DNA of 64,000 nt, from contig JAJRZD010000043.1 in the NCBI GenBank assembly GCA_024275415.1, forward strand, positions 10,981 through 74,980, given 5' to 3'. This DNA is from an archaeon. GTDB lineage: Archaea; Asgardarchaeota; Thorarchaeia; Thorarchaeales; Thorarchaeaceae. The notes under the pieces are model-generated. The model ran no database searches and was not told where the DNA came from. It saw nothing but the letters and a program-made list of their open reading frames with translations. The position numbers and the translations under genes were made by a program. Of the stretch, positions 19,616-28,236 are shown in pieces. Within the stretch, counting starts at the first letter, position 1. Each line of letters opens with the position of its first letter.

Positions 19616-21358
19616 TTACTCGATGTCAAAGAGATCGATGAATCGAAAACGCTCGACATCGACGAGTCCTTTGTCTGTTATCTTCAGTTTAGGGATGACG
19701 GGAAGGGAGAGGAACGCCATTGCCATGAAGGGCTCAGTAAGAGCAGTCCCAAGATCTTTTGCTGCCTCTTTCAGTTCAATAATCTTATCGCTCACCTCCT
19801 CCACAGACCTGTCGGACATCAATCCAGCAATAGGCAAAGGCAACGAGGAAAGAACCTTTCCGTCCTTGACAATCGCAATCCCTCCTTGCATCCGGACAAT
19901 CTGGATGACCGCCTCGATAATGTCCCTATCGTTCGTGCCTACGGCCACAATGTTATGGCTGTCATGAGCGATTGACGAAACCATAGCACCCTCCTTGATG
20001 CCCATGCCCTTCACAAAGCCAATCCCAGTGGGAGGTGTAGCATTGTGTCGCTCCACGATGACAATCTTGGATATGTCCCTGTCTATATCTGGCACGACGA
20101 CACCATCATTCACCTTCACATCCTCGATTAACCTCTCGGTAATCAACTGCTCGGGGACAACACCAATCACGTTCATTTGCTCGCCCTTTGGTTTGACCTT
20201 GAAATCGTCCAGTTCAAGCCAATGTATGTTCACCGAGCGGCGCAACCGAGGTTGCTCTTGCACTCCGAAATCAGTGACAAGCTTGCCATCCTTTGCTACA
20301 ATGGTTCCCTGTTTGAAGACAAGTTCGACATTGACTTTCTCCAGAGAATCCAGCACAACTAGGTCTGCATAGTACCCAGGCGCAACCGCACCAAGATACT
20401 GGATACCATAATGCCGTGCTGTAGAAAGAGAAGCCACCTTTATCGCAAGTACCGGATCCAGACCATAACCGATAGCCTCTCTGATGATACTATCCATATG
20501 TCCTTTCGTGATTAGGTCGAGTGTGTTCCGGTCATCCGTAACGAAACTACAGGAAAGGGCTGTGTCTGGAGTAATGAGTCCTACCAGATCCTTCAGGTTC
20601 TTGGCTGTGGATCCTTCACGGATATGGATGTGCATACCCACACCAAGCTTTTCCTTTGCTTCCTCAAGAGTGGTACACTCGTGCTCTGAGGTTATCCGTG
20701 CTGCTGCATAAGCGTTCAACTCAGTGCTGGAGATATGAGGCGCGTGACCATCGACTCGTTTTCCCAACTTCAAAGAAACCTTGATCTTCTCAAGGATTTC
20801 GGGATCTTTGAAAATGACTCCCGGATAGTTCATCGCTTCTGCCAGTCCGAGAACATAGTGCTCGGTCATGAGAGGTTTGATGTCCAAGAAATCAAGAGTG
20901 ACACCATTTGTTTCCATGTCAGTAGATGGAACACAAGATGGTAGCATGATATAGAATTCCAAAGGTCCCCCACGCATGCTCTTGCTCATGTACATGATGC
21001 CTTCCATACCCAGTACATTCGCAATCTCGTGAGGGTCTGCAATCACGGCACCAGTCCCATGTGGGACGACTGCTCGTGCATACTGGATTGGCATAACCAT
21101 GGACGATTCCACATGAACGTGTCCATCGATGAAACTAGGAGCGACGTACTTGCCTTTCAAGTCATATACTTCGTTTCCAACATATTCTCCAATCCCCGCG
21201 ATGAATCCTCGGTGAATGGCAACATCTCCTTGTACGACCTCGTTTGTGAACACATTGACCACATGGGCGTTCTTCAGGACTACATCAGCGCGTGTTCTAC
21301 CAGACGCGACATCAATCATCTGTTCAAGGGGGTATTCTTCGCTCCGCGTTAGAAACAT
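19616..21358 (-). CDS. ade: Adenine deaminase.
   Basis: The N-terminal pattern is DVVLKNAHVVNVFTNEVVQGDVAI...DGHVHVESS (amidohydrolase HxH). Length is about 580 aa. The start was chosen at MFLTRSEE, and the ORF extends further upstream to 21463. Confidence 0.75.
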   Translation of the reverse strand: MFLTRSEEYPLEQMIDVASGRTRADVVLKNAHVVNVFTNEVVQGDVAIHRGFIAGIGEYVGNEVYDLKGKYVAPSFIDGHVHVESSMVMPIQYARAVVPHGTGAVIADPHEIANVLGMEGIMYMSKSMRGGPLEFYIMLPSCVPSTDMETNGVTLDFLDIKPLMTEHYVLGLAEAMNYPGVIFKDPEILEKIKVSLKLGKRVDGHAPHISSTELNAYAAARITSEHECTTLEEAKEKLGVGMHIHIREGSTAKNLKDLVGLITPDTALSCSFVTDDRNTLDLITKGHMDSIIREAIGYGLDPVLAIKVASLSTARHYGIQYLGAVAPGYYADLVVLDSLEKVNVELVFKQGTIVAKDGKLVTDFGVQEQPRLRRSVNIHWLELDDFKVKPKGEQMNVIGVVPEQLITERLIEDVKVNDGVVVPDIDRDISKIVIVERHNATPPTGIGFVKGMGIKEGAMVSSIAHDSHNIVAVGTNDRDIIEAVIQIVRMQGGIAIVKDGKVLSSLPLPIAGLMSDRSVEEVSDKIIELKEAAKDLGTALTEPFMAMAFLSLPVIPKLKITDKGLVDVERFRFIDLFDIE

Positions 21359-21706
21359 TCTTGGAGTCTCCTTTCCTAATGGATTAGGAGGAATCAATGA
21401 AAAGGATTTCCCATTGGCATACAATAGTATTTGCAGGAATGTGACCTGGAGTGGGCATCTCAAAGAATTCCCTCGCGTAGAGATGCAATCATGGATACGG
21501 CGTGAGGAGAACCACTACCAACAACTATGCATTTCACTTCAGGTCTGTTGGAGGACTGGTTTCAGGTAGGATATTGTACCTCATTGAATAAACATAGGGG
21601 TTTTTGTGTTTGTGAGTGCACCTTAGATGAAAGGTAGAAACGCTGAGTTTTTTACATGGTTTGAAGCATCCACGAGTCAATCTATAAATAGTATGGTGGA
21701 TTAATT

Positions 21707-22327
21707 TTGGGTACTCGCATTGCTTTTCCGAGAAAATACGATTCAAAGACCATATCGCTACTATCGATATTCCTTGCGATGGTGTTTGCACTGGAGGTAT
21801 ACCCCGTAGTTGGGATCATAGACATCCCGATCCCAGGAATCACTTTTACTATAGACTGGACTGGGATACCGCTTATCCTTCTATTCTATTTCTTCGGACC
21901 TTTCTTCTCACTTATCGGAGTGGGCGTGATCGGCATAGCGATCGGCTATCGGAAACCCATCAGTGCCGTCTTCAAGGTTCTTGCAGAATTCTACAAGATT
22001 CTGGGTATTACAGTGGTCTGGCTTGTTATCAGAAACAGAGAGGTTTCTTATGGAAGACGGGTTCTCTTGTACACGATAGTTGCCAGCATATTCTGTGCCG
22101 GAGGCATGTTCCTGTCCAATATCTATCTGCTCCAGCTTCTGTACGGAATGCCCGTTGATGCTGCAATAGTTGCATCTACTGTCCTTATCCCTTGGAACGT
22201 TCTTCAATCCATCATCAATGTTGCCAGTGGATCATTTCTGTTCAAAATCGTTCCCGATGACTTGAAACGGTCATTCTTGTGGGACGATAGTATGCAACAG
22301 GGCGAGCTAGAACTCGACCAAGAATGA
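21707..22327 (+). CDS. Small polytopic membrane protein, possibly an ECF-type transporter S component.
   Basis: 206 aa with 5-6 TM helices. The S-component call rests on size and topology only. Confidence 0.35.
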   Translation: MGTRIAFPRKYDSKTISLLSIFLAMVFALEVYPVVGIIDIPIPGITFTIDWTGIPLILLFYFFGPFFSLIGVGVIGIAIGYRKPISAVFKVLAEFYKILGITVVWLVIRNREVSYGRRVLLYTIVASIFCAGGMFLSNIYLLQLLYGMPVDAAIVASTVLIPWNVLQSIINVASGSFLFKIVPDDLKRSFLWDDSMQQGELELDQE

Positions 22328-22620
22328 ACAAAAAGTGTTCAGAGGCGAGATTGCTCTCGCCTCAGTTCCTAGGGCTAGCATCTATCAACTGACAATGAGT
22401 TCCACTCGCGATATTGAGCAACGCTCATCCCGCAACTCTTTCAGTTGGCCACGATTCCCACGAATCAACCCATGAATAATATGACGCTACAATTCCTTAT
22501 AAACTATTGCCAAATTTGGGTTAACTACTATCCATAAAAACGACTATAACTAACGAATTTATCCATTATTTATACAGGTATGCAAATATTGCCTAAACTA
22601 GGTTAATTTATATTGGGGGA

Positions 22621-23166
22621 ATGCATAACAAGATTGCACGCACTCGTCGAATGAGGAGTTCATACATGAAGAACAACACCCGTATCCGGGTATCCAAGCA
22701 ACCACTCGTCTTGAGATATCCCTCTGACCAGGAAGCCACTATCTGGTTGAAACGTAGACAGGGGACTCCCCCTTCAGTAATCGCAGATGACCTTGGAGTC
22801 ACAAGAGCTTACGTTAGCAAGTCCCTCCGCAAGGCCGAGAAGAAAATCGGATCTCTATTAGAGCACGCAGCAGCTATTAACAGAATCAAACTTCATCATA
22901 TCAGCTCCAAGCACGGCATGGCAGTAGGGTACTGTGCAGCGTACAAGTCCGAAACGGTAATCACCTATTCGCCCAATCTCGGTATTCAAGTATGGTTCGA
23001 GCACAGGGGTGATTGTAGCAGTTGTGCAGACATTGACCAATGCACGGCTCTCATCGCCAGTCTTTCCACTGAATGGAATGTGCCCATCATAAGGAACGCA
23101 CCGGCCCTAGTCCTCGTCAATGACTTGTTGAACACAATCATGAAACGGTTGGAGTGGAGAAACTAG
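22621..23166 (+). CDS. tfx: Tfx-family DNA-binding protein with an N-terminal HTH.
   Basis: The HTH segment LVLRY...IADDLGVTRAYVSKSLRKAEKKI matches the Tfx pattern (LVLR..G..Q.EIA..L.TTRANVS). The start is probably an internal Met (22651 or 22666). Confidence 0.55.
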   Translation: MHNKIARTRRMRSSYMKNNTRIRVSKQPLVLRYPSDQEATIWLKRRQGTPPSVIADDLGVTRAYVSKSLRKAEKKIGSLLEHAAAINRIKLHHISSKHGMAVGYCAAYKSETVITYSPNLGIQVWFEHRGDCSSCADIDQCTALIASLSTEWNVPIIRNAPALVLVNDLLNTIMKRLEWRN

Positions 23167-23754
23167 CTAGAGTCCAAGGGATGTCAGTGTCGAGTCCATG
23201 GAAGATGCAGCCCAAGTTCCTACATGGATCCATCTCAGGAAGCCATCTGGATCTATGATTATGAGAGTTGGGACGTACTCCAAATCCAAAAAAGACGAGA
23301 AACCCCCATCATTCTCTACACCACTGTCCCAGTCATAACCGTGTTCTTGCTTGTAGGCAGCCATAACAGCTGGGGTTTCGGATACATCCACACTGAGGGA
23401 AATAATCTTGATTCCCGTTGTTCGGGTATCCTGAAGAGATTGAAGATTGATGATCTGGGCTTCACAAGCAGAACACCATGTGGCCATAAGTTCAATCAGT
23501 AACACTTGACCTCTAAGGTCATATAACCCGACAACTGTGTCATTTGTCAGAGTCATGTTCAAGTTTGGCATCTCGATATTCTGTCCAAGTAGGTCAGTGT
23601 CTTCCACAAGAGAGGGTGCACCGTTTCCTACATTGTTCAGATAAACGACCCCTAACATGATTCCAGTCACGACCATACTGATGACAATGAGAACTATTGC
23701 ATAGACTTTGAATCTAATCACGACCACATCCGCTTGGGAATAATTGCCGTACAC
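23167..23754 (-). CDS. Membrane-anchored thioredoxin-like thiol-disulfide oxidoreductase (TlpA/redoxin-like).
   Basis: N-terminal TM helix, followed by ATWCSACEAQ (a CxxC in a thioredoxin-fold context). Confidence 0.65.
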   Translation of the reverse strand: MYGNYSQADVVVIRFKVYAIVLIVISMVVTGIMLGVVYLNNVGNGAPSLVEDTDLLGQNIEMPNLNMTLTNDTVVGLYDLRGQVLLIELMATWCSACEAQIINLQSLQDTRTTGIKIISLSVDVSETPAVMAAYKQEHGYDWDSGVENDGGFSSFLDLEYVPTLIIIDPDGFLRWIHVGTWAASSMDSTLTSLGL

Positions 23755-23860
23755 ATGTCGCTAGTGGATATGCTGTGCTATCTCGAAGAGACAATTGGTA
23801 CTTCAAGACTCTCGTCCGGATCTTGATATAAGAATTGAGAAAGGAACTTTTTTCTCGGGA

Positions 23861-24514
23861 TCACATGACTGCTTGATGGAGGCGTGACGATGATGTAGAA
23901 GAGCTCGCCTTCTCTAATGAGTGGTGGATGCTCCGCCAGGGAGCACTCAGGAAGATGACCTTATGTGGACGACTCTTCCTGTCAACCGCAACGAATCCTT
24001 TCTGCATCAAAGACTTTGTGTGCTTCCTGACATCAGCAGTTTTGAACCCAGAAGCCTTGGCCAACTCATTGTAGGATCCCCGTCCGAGAGAACGAAGGGT
24101 TTCAAGGAGCTTGAACTCTGGGATGGCGAGAAGCGTCTTCCGAAGACGGTCATTCTCTCTCCGTATCATCCCCTCATCACCTGATGTCACCACAGCCAAA
24201 GATGACCGCAGGTCATTTATCTCCTCTAACAATGCTTGACGCTCAGATTCGAAACGCCCGAATATTCCTCGTGACTCATGAACCAGTTCGGCGCTGAGAT
24301 CAGTACTAAGTCCATCCAATGCCTCTTGAGATGCAACACATGCTTCTCTAATGATCCCAACCATGTCACTGGGCTCAATCCACTGCCCATTGATGAGAGA
24401 CTCGATTTGAGTGAAGTAATTCTCCAAACGCTTAGCCCATGTGTTTCGTACATCCTGAAAGACGCCTGCAAGTTTCAACGTCAGACGTGCTGCATTATCT
24501 TCTGGACTTTTCAT
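23861..24514 (-). CDS. Hypothetical coiled-coil protein with a C-terminal winged-HTH-like segment.
   Basis: The C-terminal segment ELAKASGFKTADVRKHTKSLMQKGFVAVDRK resembles a MarR/wHTH recognition region. Confidence 0.35.
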   Translation of the reverse strand: MKSPEDNAARLTLKLAGVFQDVRNTWAKRLENYFTQIESLINGQWIEPSDMVGIIREACVASQEALDGLSTDLSAELVHESRGIFGRFESERQALLEEINDLRSSLAVVTSGDEGMIRRENDRLRKTLLAIPEFKLLETLRSLGRGSYNELAKASGFKTADVRKHTKSLMQKGFVAVDRKSRPHKVIFLSAPWRSIHHSLEKASSSTSSSRLHQAVM

Positions 24515-24577
24515 CTCGACTCGACCTTCATGTATCGAACGAGCAAATGAGAGCGAGTGTTTCCCTCGTATGACACA

Positions 24578-25123
24578 CTAGAAGTATATAACACGGGTCT
24601 TCTCGATATGACTCCATGGATACGGCGCCTGCACTGTACGTAGCATCCGCTGAATCAACTCATAGATTCCCCTAGGGTTCTCGATAGAGTAAAAGATGAT
24701 AGCAGGCTCGTCCTCGCCATTCGCAAAGATTTGGATATCCCCCTGATTGACGATACGGTCTTGGATGTTAGCAATTATCCGGACATCCGAGATGTCATCA
24801 TAGAATACTCTTGTTGTTCGTTTTTTCAGATAGCCCTTGCGAACCCTCACGTTCCACGATGTGATGATGTAAAGCGTGTAGCGTCTCTTGACCTCTCGCC
24901 AGATGATGGTTCCAATACCAGCTGCCATCGCACATATCCCTGCAATCCACGCAACAAGGCTGAACTCGACGAATTGAACCGAACTGGCAATCATGAAGAC
25001 CCAACCAACGATGAAAACTATGAAGCCAAAAACATAGAAGACCAGACTTGAGATACGTTTTGGATGGAATTTAGCAATCAGAATCTCGTGTTGTATGTCA
25101 TCAACAGTGGGATCATCGTTCAT
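24578..25123 (-). CDS. Membrane protein with a bacterial-type PH (bPH_2 / YdbS-like) domain.
   Basis: Two N-terminal TM helices, then a region of about 80 aa (YTLYIITSWNVRVRKG...DIQIF) typical of membrane-flanked bPH domains. Confidence 0.45.
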   Translation of the reverse strand: MNDDPTVDDIQHEILIAKFHPKRISSLVFYVFGFIVFIVGWVFMIASSVQFVEFSLVAWIAGICAMAAGIGTIIWREVKRRYTLYIITSWNVRVRKGYLKKRTTRVFYDDISDVRIIANIQDRIVNQGDIQIFANGEDEPAIIFYSIENPRGIYELIQRMLRTVQAPYPWSHIEKTRVIYF

Positions 25124-25240
25124 TCAATCATCTCCATTATCCCATTCGGACTCCTTCCTGCGTGAGTCTTAATGATACAAGAAAAGTCCCTGATTTTACC
25201 TTTTCCCTTTGTCAGATAGAGTACTCGATTCACAATCTTT

Positions 25241-25289
25241 TTATATAGTATGTGGTACATACTATATATGTCGTGACACGATATATATC
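25241..25289. promoter_or_regulatory. Two palindromes in the PadR upstream region. The first is a 10-12 bp inverted repeat with a 3-bp spacer (tatatagtatgt-ggt-acatactatata). The second is the 12-bp palindrome cgatatatatcg. Both are candidate operator or TATA elements.
   Basis: Read directly at 25241..25267 and 25278..25289. They lie 15-60 bp upstream of the PadR start, in the divergent intergenic region. Confidence 0.4.
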
Positions 25290-25303
25290 GTTAAACGATA
25301 TTA

Positions 25304-25690
25304 GTGGTTGTGATGATAATGGCCAAGGAGAACCAGAACCCTGAACTTGAGTACCAGAAGTGGAAACTTGAGGTACGAAGGGGAGCGTTGTCTTTGGCCA
25401 TACTTGCAGTAATTTCTGCTGGACAGTCATATGGCTATGACATAATGAAGAAGCTTAGTGAAGGACATCTCAAGGCACTACAGGTAGAACCCAGCACCAC
25501 ATACCCATTGTTACGGCGTTTAGAGAAAAGGGGGATGCTTGAAGGGCATTCTGTAGAGTACGAGGGCAGGATGCGTCGGCACTACTACATCACCCGTGAA
25601 GGACGCGAATATTTAGACAGGATGGTTGAGTCATGGAAGGACTTGAACAATCAAATAGTACTTCTCCTAAAGGAGGCGGAGTTGATATGA
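25304..25690 (+). CDS. PadR-family transcriptional regulator.
   Basis: LSLAILAVISAGQSYGYDIMKKL...PSTTYPLLRRLEKRGMLEG is the canonical PadR wHTH. Confidence 0.85.
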   Translation: MVVMIMAKENQNPELEYQKWKLEVRRGALSLAILAVISAGQSYGYDIMKKLSEGHLKALQVEPSTTYPLLRRLEKRGMLEGHSVEYEGRMRRHYYITREGREYLDRMVESWKDLNNQIVLLLKEAELI

Positions 25691-28146
25691 TCGAAGATGC
25701 GCTGAACGTGATCGAGAACTACCTTACACTAGTAAGGAAGCACTTGCCCGAGAAGATTGCCATTGAGGTCATTGATGAGCTACGTTCGTATGTCATCGAG
25801 GCAGCAGAGGAAGAAGGTGGCGGGGTTCTTACCGTGGATAGCGCAAAACGAACCGTGTCCAGATTTGGTGCTCCTTCCGAGGTCGCAGAAGAGTACATCC
25901 ATTCCATGATCATTGAGGAAGATGAACCTATCATGGGCTCGGTAGAAGAAGAAAGCCCTCCTGACAGTACCAGAATAGAACCGGAACCTGTGAGCAACTT
26001 AGTAGCATATGGCAAATTCCTGTTCACCGCAACAATATGGATATTGCTCACATCCATACCTACATTGCTGCTGACCGGAATCATCATAGCTCTCTTTTTG
26101 TCCGTGACCGCAATAATCGGTTTCTTTTTGCTTCTATACAACTGGCGTATAGGAAAATCGGTTACCAAGAGCCATTTTGATGAGTGGCCTCTACTTCAGC
26201 GCCTAGTCGCTATCCCTAGAGGGTTCATCCCAGAATTAGGCAAGAGAAGCATGGTACTTGAGGGCATACTAACAATTCAAGCTCTGATTCTCTTCATCAT
26301 TACCCCATCCTTTTGGCTTACTGTCCCATTCCTCGTATTGCGTCTTGGGATGCTTGTGAAAAGAATGGGAAATATGAACCCGTCAACATACGCATGGGTC
26401 GATGCCGTGCTGGAATTTCTGGGCGCACTGACGATTAACATAGGGTTCTTCTGGGCAGTGCATACTTACTATGGTGAGTATTACTGGTACTCTGTGTTCA
26501 CGCCTTTCACAATGATTACTGCAATCTACTTTGTGATCTATTTGAATATCAGACTGGTCAGTCTGACACCAGAATTATGGGTCACGAACGATCGAGGTTA
26601 TCCATCAGGCCGTGATGTTCCAACCTCGTACAGTAAAACAACATTCAAAGGGTTCATCTTAGGTGTATTCTGGTCACTCATGATTCCCTTGTTCACCATT
26701 CCTTTATTCGCATTGAGTGTTCCAGAAAGCGGTTATTTTGTGAACATCTATCTTGTATTATTGCTTATGTTCCAAATACCAGGAATAATAGCGATGAATA
26801 TTGGGAACGCTATCAGAGCCTACAAGAAAGGAATCACATGGTGGGACATCAGCAAGCCCTCGTGGTCGCGCATCAGGAGGCTTCTTTCCTTTCCAAAGGG
26901 TGTCTTCATGGAACAATCGTCAGCCAGTCTACGACTGGACATGTCCGTAACATCATTGTTTATGGCAATGTCGGTCATCACCATCTTCAGGTTCTCATAC
27001 GTTTTAGATCTCATCGTTGCATTGGGTCTCTTTATAATATCATTAGGTATCCGCTTGGTCTTTCTTGACGAGCGATGGAAGAATCAACTTGCAAGGAAAC
27101 ACGACAAGGGAGAATATATCTCCACAATTTTTGCTTTGGTAGCAGGTTGTCTTCTAACCGCTATTGTCGGGTACACTGGTGTGATATGGGGAAGCAAACC
27201 CGGATTTATTCCCTACATGTGGCAACTTTTTCTCCCAGCTTGGGGGATATTCAGCACCTATCTCCTTTATAGTACAGTGGCTAGGGGTTCGACCCTTTGG
27301 AGTGAGAAGGCAGTTTCAGAACCAACACCCTCAGAAACTACCGACACGGAACTCAGTGCGGAGAGGGTCGAACCCGATTTTAAGAAGAAAGTTGATGAAA
27401 AATTCAGACAGATACTAGTAGAGGTGCTGATGTGGAGTGTGGGTATTACAGTCCTCATCATCACCCTCCTCCTCGCTGGCTCGGAAGATGCAATCTCAAT
27501 CCCGTTCTTAGTGGTCATGACGTATACCTTGATATTCCTCACGCTTATTGCTCTGTCCGGAGAGATCCCAGCTATCATATATTATGCATGGAAGAAAAGA
27601 CATGTCATCTCAACAAGTCACCCATCGGCGATAGGGAAACGTAATAGAAAAGAAGCAATCGTGGATATGGTAGGCACCCTGTACTTGGTATTTATAATCA
27701 CCGTGAATTCAGAAGTCATCAGCAGAGTTGTGGACAGATACATCAGTATCAGTTTCCTAGAAGGGTTCATCTCTTGGACGTTCAGGATACTATTTTGGAC
27801 ATTCATCATCTCAGCCTTAGTGTTCAGACTAGCAGCAGATGTAGCTAGCATCGTTGATGCTAAAGAACATAGTATGTACACGACACTGAAAACCAGCGCT
27901 GTTTTAGCGGTAATCACAATTGGGCTCGTAATTGGGATATCGTTGCAATCCGGAATGGGCACGATTCTTGAAGGCAATCTCTTGGGATTCACAGGCGTCC
28001 TTATTGTGTTGTGTGCTTTGATGATTTTACAAGCTGTAGTCACCAAGCACAAAATTATAGAGTTGGCTGAACATCAAGCGGAAGAGCGAGAACATGTGAC
28101 TGTTGATGACCATGAATTGAAAGAAGTTGAGATTCCAACTAACTGA
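25687..28146 (+). CDS. Large polytopic membrane protein with an N-terminal DUF1700/HAAS-like cytoplasmic helical domain. It is the partner of PadR.
   Basis: The N-terminus MIEDALNVIENYLTLVRKHLPEKIAIEVIDELRSYVIEAAEE matches the DUF1700 pattern found downstream of PadR genes. It is followed by more than 15 TM helices. The ATGA overlap with PadR supports a start at 25687, although the listed ORF begins at 25633. Confidence 0.5.
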   Translation: MIEDALNVIENYLTLVRKHLPEKIAIEVIDELRSYVIEAAEEEGGGVLTVDSAKRTVSRFGAPSEVAEEYIHSMIIEEDEPIMGSVEEESPPDSTRIEPEPVSNLVAYGKFLFTATIWILLTSIPTLLLTGIIIALFLSVTAIIGFFLLLYNWRIGKSVTKSHFDEWPLLQRLVAIPRGFIPELGKRSMVLEGILTIQALILFIITPSFWLTVPFLVLRLGMLVKRMGNMNPSTYAWVDAVLEFLGALTINIGFFWAVHTYYGEYYWYSVFTPFTMITAIYFVIYLNIRLVSLTPELWVTNDRGYPSGRDVPTSYSKTTFKGFILGVFWSLMIPLFTIPLFALSVPESGYFVNIYLVLLLMFQIPGIIAMNIGNAIRAYKKGITWWDISKPSWSRIRRLLSFPKGVFMEQSSASLRLDMSVTSLFMAMSVITIFRFSYVLDLIVALGLFIISLGIRLVFLDERWKNQLARKHDKGEYISTIFALVAGCLLTAIVGYTGVIWGSKPGFIPYMWQLFLPAWGIFSTYLLYSTVARGSTLWSEKAVSEPTPSETTDTELSAERVEPDFKKKVDEKFRQILVEVLMWSVGITVLIITLLLAGSEDAISIPFLVVMTYTLIFLTLIALSGEIPAIIYYAWKKRHVISTSHPSAIGKRNRKEAIVDMVGTLYLVFIITVNSEVISRVVDRYISISFLEGFISWTFRILFWTFIISALVFRLAADVASIVDAKEHSMYTTLKTSAVLAVITIGLVIGISLQSGMGTILEGNLLGFTGVLIVLCALMILQAVVTKHKIIELAEHQAEEREHVTVDDHELKEVEIPTN

Positions 28147-28236
28147 GCTGAGCGGTACACTATTGCGTCGTTCAGTAGACACTTTTATTATCAGAGTCCA
28201 TCATTTAATAGACGACCTAGGTAGGAGCCAAAGCAA

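Noticed and set aside
21464-21706. A possible riboswitch or ncRNA in the 243-bp region upstream of the putative ECF S-component-like gene.
   Set aside because: No conserved riboswitch core (for example FMN, TPP or preQ1 signatures) could be recognised by eye. The region was left unannotated.
22341-22362. Perfect 9-bp stem / 4-nt loop hairpin (gaggcgaga-ttgc-tctcgcctc) 14 nt after the stop of the 21707..22327 gene.
   Set aside because: It is a real structure in the sequence. It is not followed by a T-tract, and archaeal termination relies mainly on oligo-T signals, so I do not call it a terminator.
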